From a virus (Duplodnaviria; Caudoviricetes), in the IMG/VR virus record IMGVR_UViG_3300010163_000018, positions 9,668 to 73,667 of that record: a DNA stretch of 64,000 nt; one strand, given 5' to 3'. The notes beneath the pieces are model-generated. The model worked only from the letters and a program-made list of their open reading frames with translations. It was not told the DNA's origin and made no database searches. Positions 59,220 to 64,000 of this stretch are shown one piece after another (within the stretch, counting starts at the first letter, position 1; every line of letters begins with the position of its first letter). Position numbers and translations under genes: made by a program.

Positions 59220-59744
59220 TCAACCCTTATTGTTGTTATAGTGGTTCTTCTTCTTGTTCTTCTTGTTACCATTATAATGAGGCTGTGTATCAGCAGCCGG
59301 TACCTCAGCAGATGTTGCTTCTTCAGCCACTACGTCAGTATCAGTAATAACATCCGTTACTTCCTCTGAAGGTGTTTCATCTGCCGTTTCTTCAACTATG
59401 GGTTCGTCCTCTTCAGGTGTAGAATTACCAGGTATATCCGTATCACCCTGATACTGACGGGTTTCCTGTGCAATAACCTCAGGGGCTTCTGTCTCATGTT
59501 CCTCTGTTTTGGTTGCCGGAATTTCTGTTGGCTTCTCCAAAACTGGAGTTGGCCTGATATCGGCATCGAAAACCGCATCGATATTTCTTTTAGTTATGAG
59601 ACCAATGCCGTTTGCTCCATATACTCTTAAATTTGAATAATTAAGAATACGACGGATCAAGGGTTTTTCAAGTTCCTGATTGTATACAGGAGCCAGTTGG
59701 TTGATTCCCGGGATAAGTCCCTTTCCGGTAATGTTTACTTTCAT
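59220..59744 (-). CDS. Small protein with compact N-terminal domain, acidic P/T/E tail and basic N/K end
   Basis: SD GAAAGGAG; low-complexity tail. Confidence 0.65.
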   Translation of the reverse strand: MKVNITGKGLIPGINQLAPVYNQELEKPLIRRILNYSNLRVYGANGIGLITKRNIDAVFDADIRPTPVLEKPTEIPATKTEEHETEAPEVIAQETRQYQGDTDIPGNSTPEEDEPIVEETADETPSEEVTDVITDTDVVAEEATSAEVPAADTQPHYNGNKKNKKKNHYNNNKG

Positions 59745-59784
59745 TATTTTAAACTCTCCTTTTCTTCATACTATATTGAACAAA

Positions 59785-60522
59785 TTATGTTCCATCAACC
59801 GCTTTCTTAACCTTTTCGACACTGTAATATGATTCGGATATGAGATCAGTTTTCAATCCCATAGCCATCAAATACATATCAGCAGCCAACAAAGTTGGCT
59901 TATCGTACGCATTCGTTTTAATATCGGCTAATTTGACAGAACCTGTATTGGCAATAGATTTAAGCATGTTATCATACTCTATAACATTATCGCCTCGAGC
60001 ACCCGATATCTCAGATAAGATAATATCTCCACCAACACCAGCAAGCAGTTCGTTTTCGATACCCGTTGTTGTACCGCCTTTAGAATCTCCCTTGGCTGCA
60101 CCGGTCATATCGTCACGATCATCATCACTCAATGCCAGACCCGTTTTCTTAGTGCTGAATTGCTGGGTTCGTTTAGTATTAAGCCATCCCACGAGGACGG
60201 GTTGCTTTGTTCTTATCGGACGGTTCGGATTGCTGGATACGTGGGGGACGTACACATATTCAAATAATTTTATTCCAATAACATCTGCAGCTTTCTCAAT
60301 ATTCTCAAATTTCAGATTTCGAGAACCATCACCGAATTCCTCTATATCAACACGGAAATTACTTTTCTCATCTTTCAGAAAAGCCTCTATCCATGATTTG
60401 AATTGTTGATCGTTCATCGTTTGGAATTTATTTCGGTATTTCTTTGCATTGATACCTGTCGGATCCAATGCCATCAATGTCTTATCTATCAACGCCTCAA
60501 TATTTTTCCGTTTATCAGTCAT
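59785..60522 (-). CDS. Split RNA polymerase beta subunit, C-terminal piece (probably virion RNAP, phiKZ gp149-like)
   Basis: PVLVGWLNTKRTQQFSTKK, RDDMTGAAKGDSKGG, ENELLAGVG...LSEISGARGDN align by eye to RpoB C-terminal regions; embedded in structural genes. Confidence 0.75.
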   Translation of the reverse strand: MTDKRKNIEALIDKTLMALDPTGINAKKYRNKFQTMNDQQFKSWIEAFLKDEKSNFRVDIEEFGDGSRNLKFENIEKAADVIGIKLFEYVYVPHVSSNPNRPIRTKQPVLVGWLNTKRTQQFSTKKTGLALSDDDRDDMTGAAKGDSKGGTTTGIENELLAGVGGDIILSEISGARGDNVIEYDNMLKSIANTGSVKLADIKTNAYDKPTLLAADMYLMAMGLKTDLISESYYSVEKVKKAVDGT

Positions 60523-60535
60523 TTATATCACTTCC

Positions 60536-61015
60536 TTACAATGCAATCTTTCTGATATATAAGCGATTTAATCTATCATAAGAAATTCCTATGATAACAT
60601 GTGCACTTTCATTACCATATCCAAGTCTCTCAGTTCCGGATACTTCCACAACGAGTGCAGTTATACCATCAGAAGTTTTATCAAATCGAACATCAATATC
60701 GAAACCAACCATATCAATGTAATTACATTGATTTATCAATTTCTCTTTGATTTTACCAGGAAGCTTACGATCATCATCATACTCAAACAGATATGATTCT
60801 ATATCAATTCCGAGTTCGGGGATTGATGGATATTGACCGGGTTTCATAAACAACAGCATCAGGATAGTATTGACACCCAATTCAAAGGTTGATAAAACCT
60901 TTGGCTTAAACATCGAATCCGTATCTAACACAACATCGTAGTTGAGTGTTTGAAAAACTTGAGGGATCCTACCATTGATTTCTTCAAGGTAAATACCTTT
61001 AGTATCAAGAGCCAT
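60536..61015 (-). CDS. gp25-like baseplate/sheath-initiator protein
   Basis: ILMLLFMKPGQYPSIPELGIDIESYLFE matches the gp25 family motif; start reassigned to 61015 after GGAGGTG. Confidence 0.7.
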   Translation of the reverse strand: MALDTKGIYLEEINGRIPQVFQTLNYDVVLDTDSMFKPKVLSTFELGVNTILMLLFMKPGQYPSIPELGIDIESYLFEYDDDRKLPGKIKEKLINQCNYIDMVGFDIDVRFDKTSDGITALVVEVSGTERLGYGNESAHVIIGISYDRLNRLYIRKIAL

Positions 61016-62630
61016 AGTATTCACCTCCATTGATGAAATCATCAGTGAAACTTTCCGTAACAACAACCCCTGTCTTATCCACAAAATTCTTCAATGTTTC
61101 CTTCAAATCCTTTGCTGCTTCCGGATCAAGTTTCTTTGCCTGTTTTCTATCATTAGGATTATCGATATCTTCAATACCTTCATGAAGATCGACAATGTAT
61201 TGGAGATATTTCCTTACCGCCGGTTTTAATTTTTCTCCTGACGAGAGTACCTGTTTAGCCATTCGATACGAAGTCAGTTCTCTGTCAAAGTTCAACGGAT
61301 GTTCATCCTTTGTAGAATTGCTTATCTGTTGATCAATACGTCGCATCTTCTTTGCTTTTTGAGCGTTCTGTTTATTGAGTTTGATTTGCCTATTGAATGA
61401 GCTTAAATGAATAGGGAGTTTATACATTCCCGCAAACAGATCACAGAAGTATTCTTCCTTAACGGTAACACTTATACCAAATAGGGTCATTACTTTCTTC
61501 TTCAACATTGATAAAGCCATGATTGCCATACACACGGTTCCTGCAATGGCAGCGATGGAACTACCAACAATGAAACCAATACCAGCTAACAATATAGAAC
61601 ATACTGCCCCAATGATCTTACCGGTCTTTCCTATATTAACGACTTTTTTGATCAATAGGAGTTGTTCGATATATTTATCCATTTCTTCTTCATTGTTTGT
61701 TTTGTCGGCATTGTTTTGAACATCTGATTCAAACTTTTTAATCGCCGCAGTATTGTCCTTTATCTGGGCCAATACATATAAACGATTAGAAGTCCGTTTC
61801 TTATCAATCTCTTTTTTCTTAATATTAAACATATTCATGAATCTATCAATAAATGATGATATAATCGAAGACGAAGAAACGACATTCTTTGACTCACCCA
61901 CAGAAGATATAGTCTTCTGTATATCCGCGTGGAGTCGTTTGTTTCTAATATCCATCATATGTACAATGTTATGATAAATTTCATGAAGAGTTACTGCGAC
62001 AAAAGATTGACCGAATAACGTCCTATCGGCAGGACATATTTCCAATACCTGACGTGGATTAATGTTCAGAGTAACTAACAACCCACCCAATTGGAAACCC
62101 TTTGACTTAGATATCGTGAGTTTTCCAATATTGTCTCCCGTAGGGAATACGGTTCCAATGCCTTGCTTCTCACTTACATATATTTTGAATTTACAATCAA
62201 ATTGTTTTTCCAATTCATTGAATCCTTCAGCAAATCGACCATTGGGTTTTCTGAATTCATTCCGGACATTTTGTACTATCTCATCTGGATATTTTGATCC
62301 AGGAGCAAATGTATCAATAGCCTTTAATTCACCACGTTCTTGTCTCCTTTTCAACTCATCAAATTCTTCATTAAATGCAACCTTTGAAAATGATTTATTG
62401 AAACATTTGATTGCTTTTAAGATGTGCTTATTTTCAAATTTAAACACATCGAGTTCTTTTGAGGAACCCGGTTTAAAAAACCCTTCTTGGAAACAATCAT
62501 ATTTACTTTCGAGATCTATATCGTCAGAATATTCCATGATCATTTGCTGTTTGATATACATCTGATCAATTGAATTTCTAACTTCATCGATCATCTCGAG
62601 ACTGCATTCATTAATGAATGATAAATCCAT
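61005..62630 (-). CDS. Leader-bearing HtpX/M48-like membrane zinc metalloprotease
   Basis: Diverged leader ending DCFQE49-G; HEIYH (61971-61985), two-TM hairpin, EEYFCDLFA (61440-61457), HPLNFDR; C-terminal VVTES. Confidence 0.75.
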   Translation of the reverse strand: MDLSFINECSLEMIDEVRNSIDQMYIKQQMIMEYSDDIDLESKYDCFQEGFFKPGSSKELDVFKFENKHILKAIKCFNKSFSKVAFNEEFDELKRRQERGELKAIDTFAPGSKYPDEIVQNVRNEFRKPNGRFAEGFNELEKQFDCKFKIYVSEKQGIGTVFPTGDNIGKLTISKSKGFQLGGLLVTLNINPRQVLEICPADRTLFGQSFVAVTLHEIYHNIVHMMDIRNKRLHADIQKTISSVGESKNVVSSSSIISSFIDRFMNMFNIKKKEIDKKRTSNRLYVLAQIKDNTAAIKKFESDVQNNADKTNNEEEMDKYIEQLLLIKKVVNIGKTGKIIGAVCSILLAGIGFIVGSSIAAIAGTVCMAIMALSMLKKKVMTLFGISVTVKEEYFCDLFAGMYKLPIHLSSFNRQIKLNKQNAQKAKKMRRIDQQISNSTKDEHPLNFDRELTSYRMAKQVLSSGEKLKPAVRKYLQYIVDLHEGIEDIDNPNDRKQAKKLDPEAAKDLKETLKNFVDKTGVVVTESFTDDFINGGEYYGS

Positions 62631-62649
62631 AACTTATCACCTCCTTTGT

Positions 62650-63393
62650 TTATTCAGGTTTATTGTTATCCGACTTAACATATATTCGATCGAAATCAGT
62701 ATAATCTTTGTCGACGATCTTGATGTAATGGATGTTTGTTTTCTTTGTCTCATACCCAAGGCGCTGATCCTTAAGATGTTCTATCTCTCTGGAATGTTCC
62801 ATTCGTGGGTGTGTATTGTCACTTTCTTTGATCTCTACCTCTAACGAAAGAGATGGAATATAGAAATCGGGAATGTATAAATGTTTTGAACCGTCTTTCC
62901 ATTTATACCAATAATTATTTGGGGATGGGCTTATGATATCATTTGCAGTCCATCCTAATGATTTCAAATGATCCAAAAAATCAACTTCGTATGATCCTAT
63001 TACTCGGAACTTAAATTTGTCGTCCCATACATAATCTTTTGCCTGTGCATGATTGGCAATCATCTTTCGTTGCATGTCAGGATCATTAAGAAGATGCTCC
63101 TTACCATATACTTTGGTCATTCTGGATTTCATCATCTTAACATATTCCTCTTTACACTTGGGATCACCACACAATCTTTCATACTTCAATGTCTCTTGGT
63201 TAAAGTGTACAGAATTCTTATGACATTGAACACATACTCGACCAACCGGTTTGTTGACGATTAATGAGTATGCCCATTCAAGTGGTTCACAATCCATCGG
63301 GACCTGATCGTTATGTTGTCTGGCTATATGTTTACAGAAGGCTTGTTTGTCCGTAAATATCTTGGGACAAAAGGGACACCTCGTATTCCTCAT
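62650..63393 (-). CDS. Zinc-finger PD-(D/E)xK nuclease, TnsA / T4 gp4 head-completion-like
   Basis: CPFC...HIARQH C2H2 finger, CVQC...CGDPKC, GSYEVDF...YIPDFYIPSLSLEVEIK. Confidence 0.7.
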   Translation of the reverse strand: MRNTRCPFCPKIFTDKQAFCKHIARQHNDQVPMDCEPLEWAYSLIVNKPVGRVCVQCHKNSVHFNQETLKYERLCGDPKCKEEYVKMMKSRMTKVYGKEHLLNDPDMQRKMIANHAQAKDYVWDDKFKFRVIGSYEVDFLDHLKSLGWTANDIISPSPNNYWYKWKDGSKHLYIPDFYIPSLSLEVEIKESDNTHPRMEHSREIEHLKDQRLGYETKKTNIHYIKIVDKDYTDFDRIYVKSDNNKPE

Positions 63394-63431
63394 ATTTTAA
63401 ACCTCCAATATATAATGTTTGTTTAGCTTTC

Positions 63432-63496
63432 GGTTCATCACATTAATGAACCAAAAAAAAAAAGAAAAAGATATTCCGACCTCATAATGAGGTCGG
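63432..63496 (-). terminator. Tandem hairpins terminating the 63511-63954 gene
   Basis: CCGACCTCAT-a-ATGAGGTCGG (63476-63496) followed on the minus strand by a long T tract; second hairpin GGTTCAT...ATGAACC (63432-63452). Confidence 0.75.
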
Positions 63497-63510
63497 ATAT
63501 TTTTATTATG

Positions 63511-63954
63511 TCAAATTTTCGCAAAATGATCACAATCGAGAACATCGCAAATTCGATTTGCGAGCTCAGTTATCAGATCAGTTGCCCAGCAATAGAGCAA
63601 TACTTCGAAATCGCTCCAGTTCACTGTCAGCACTGCGGTGTCGTTGTCGGAAACGATATGAATTACGGTTATTTTTCTTTTGTCTTCGATCACTCGCAGT
63701 TTTTCATCACCGAAGTTCTTTTCGACGATGAATCCATCATCAGGGAGTTCATGCATATCAAACCCCGGCTCATCGCCGAAGTTCTTTACAACTTCGAATA
63801 TCTCCGCATCCACACACATGCGCTCATATTTTCTGTCGTTTTGGAAACGCTTCTTTGTGTTATCTGGACATGATACTGTGATTGAATTTTTCATAATAAT
63901 CTCCAGCTCGTTAACCGCATCGAGCCACAGCGGTAATTTCGTTAAAGGAAGCAT
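63511..63954 (-). CDS. Hypothetical acidic non-structural protein, 147 aa
   Basis: AAAGGA SD, upstream promoter motif and own terminator. Confidence 0.7.
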   Translation of the reverse strand: MLPLTKLPLWLDAVNELEIIMKNSITVSCPDNTKKRFQNDRKYERMCVDAEIFEVVKNFGDEPGFDMHELPDDGFIVEKNFGDEKLRVIEDKRKITVIHIVSDNDTAVLTVNWSDFEVLLYCWATDLITELANRICDVLDCDHFAKI

Positions 63955-63969
63955 ATTGCTATTCCTTTA

Positions 63970-63985
63970 TTCACTATAATAATAT
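63970..63985 (-). promoter_or_regulatory. Candidate early promoter ATATTATT-N4-TGAA
   Basis: Minus strand reads ATATTATT-ATAG-TGAA, 16 nt upstream of the 63954 start. Confidence 0.6.
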
Positions 63986-64000
63986 ATATTTGAAGAATTA

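Noticed and set aside
62650-63393. Tn7-like transposon suggested by the TnsA-like nuclease
   Set aside because: No tnsB/tnsC or terminal repeats. The gene is embedded in a phage late operon.
63452-63469. A11 and T9-T10 runs (also 33681, 34993) as phase-variation tracts
   Set aside because: They are intergenic and adjacent to hairpins, so they are explained as terminator U tracts.
1-64000. Alternative genetic code or stop-codon reassignment
   Set aside because: Very long ORFs (up to 2705 aa) tile the window in the standard code, and the observed breaks are frameshifts rather than in-frame stops.
1-64000. tRNA, rRNA, introns or inteins
   Set aside because: No cloverleaf, rRNA-like segment, or intein/homing-intron signature was recognised. 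Intergenic gaps are short and explained by terminators or promoters.

Overview
This 64 kb window is part of an AT-rich lytic jumbo myophage genome of the phiKZ/AR9-related type with a split multisubunit RNA polymerase. Strong Gram-positive-style Shine-Dalgarno sites and a multi-domain peptidoglycan hydrolase suggest a Bacillota host (inference). It is almost entirely virion morphogenesis genes: a receptor-binding/tail-fibre cluster (813-15162), a gp6-like baseplate wedge, tail/collar proteins, a RusA-like resolvase, a 2705-aa tail lysin/tape measure, a neck protein, the major capsid protein, a T4 gp21-type prohead protease, the C-terminal beta piece of a probable virion RNAP, a gp25-like protein and a Zn-finger/TnsA-like nuclease. 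A few small early-type genes are interspersed. The most striking signal is an apparent head-cargo system. Four dispersed genes share a ~50-59 aa N-terminal leader ending in [FI]QE-[AG], and the same hydrophobic-X-E motif marks the capsid protein, the protease itself and about ten other head proteins. The putative cargo includes two HtpX/M48-like membrane zinc proteases and a 1569-aa apparent polyprotein whose modules (two repeats and a third zincin) are bounded by these sites. Two leader-bearing genes are broken at homopolymers (A9; G9 plus C6), so slippage or phase variation must be weighed against sequencing error. All assignments come from motif recognition by eye; no database search was run.
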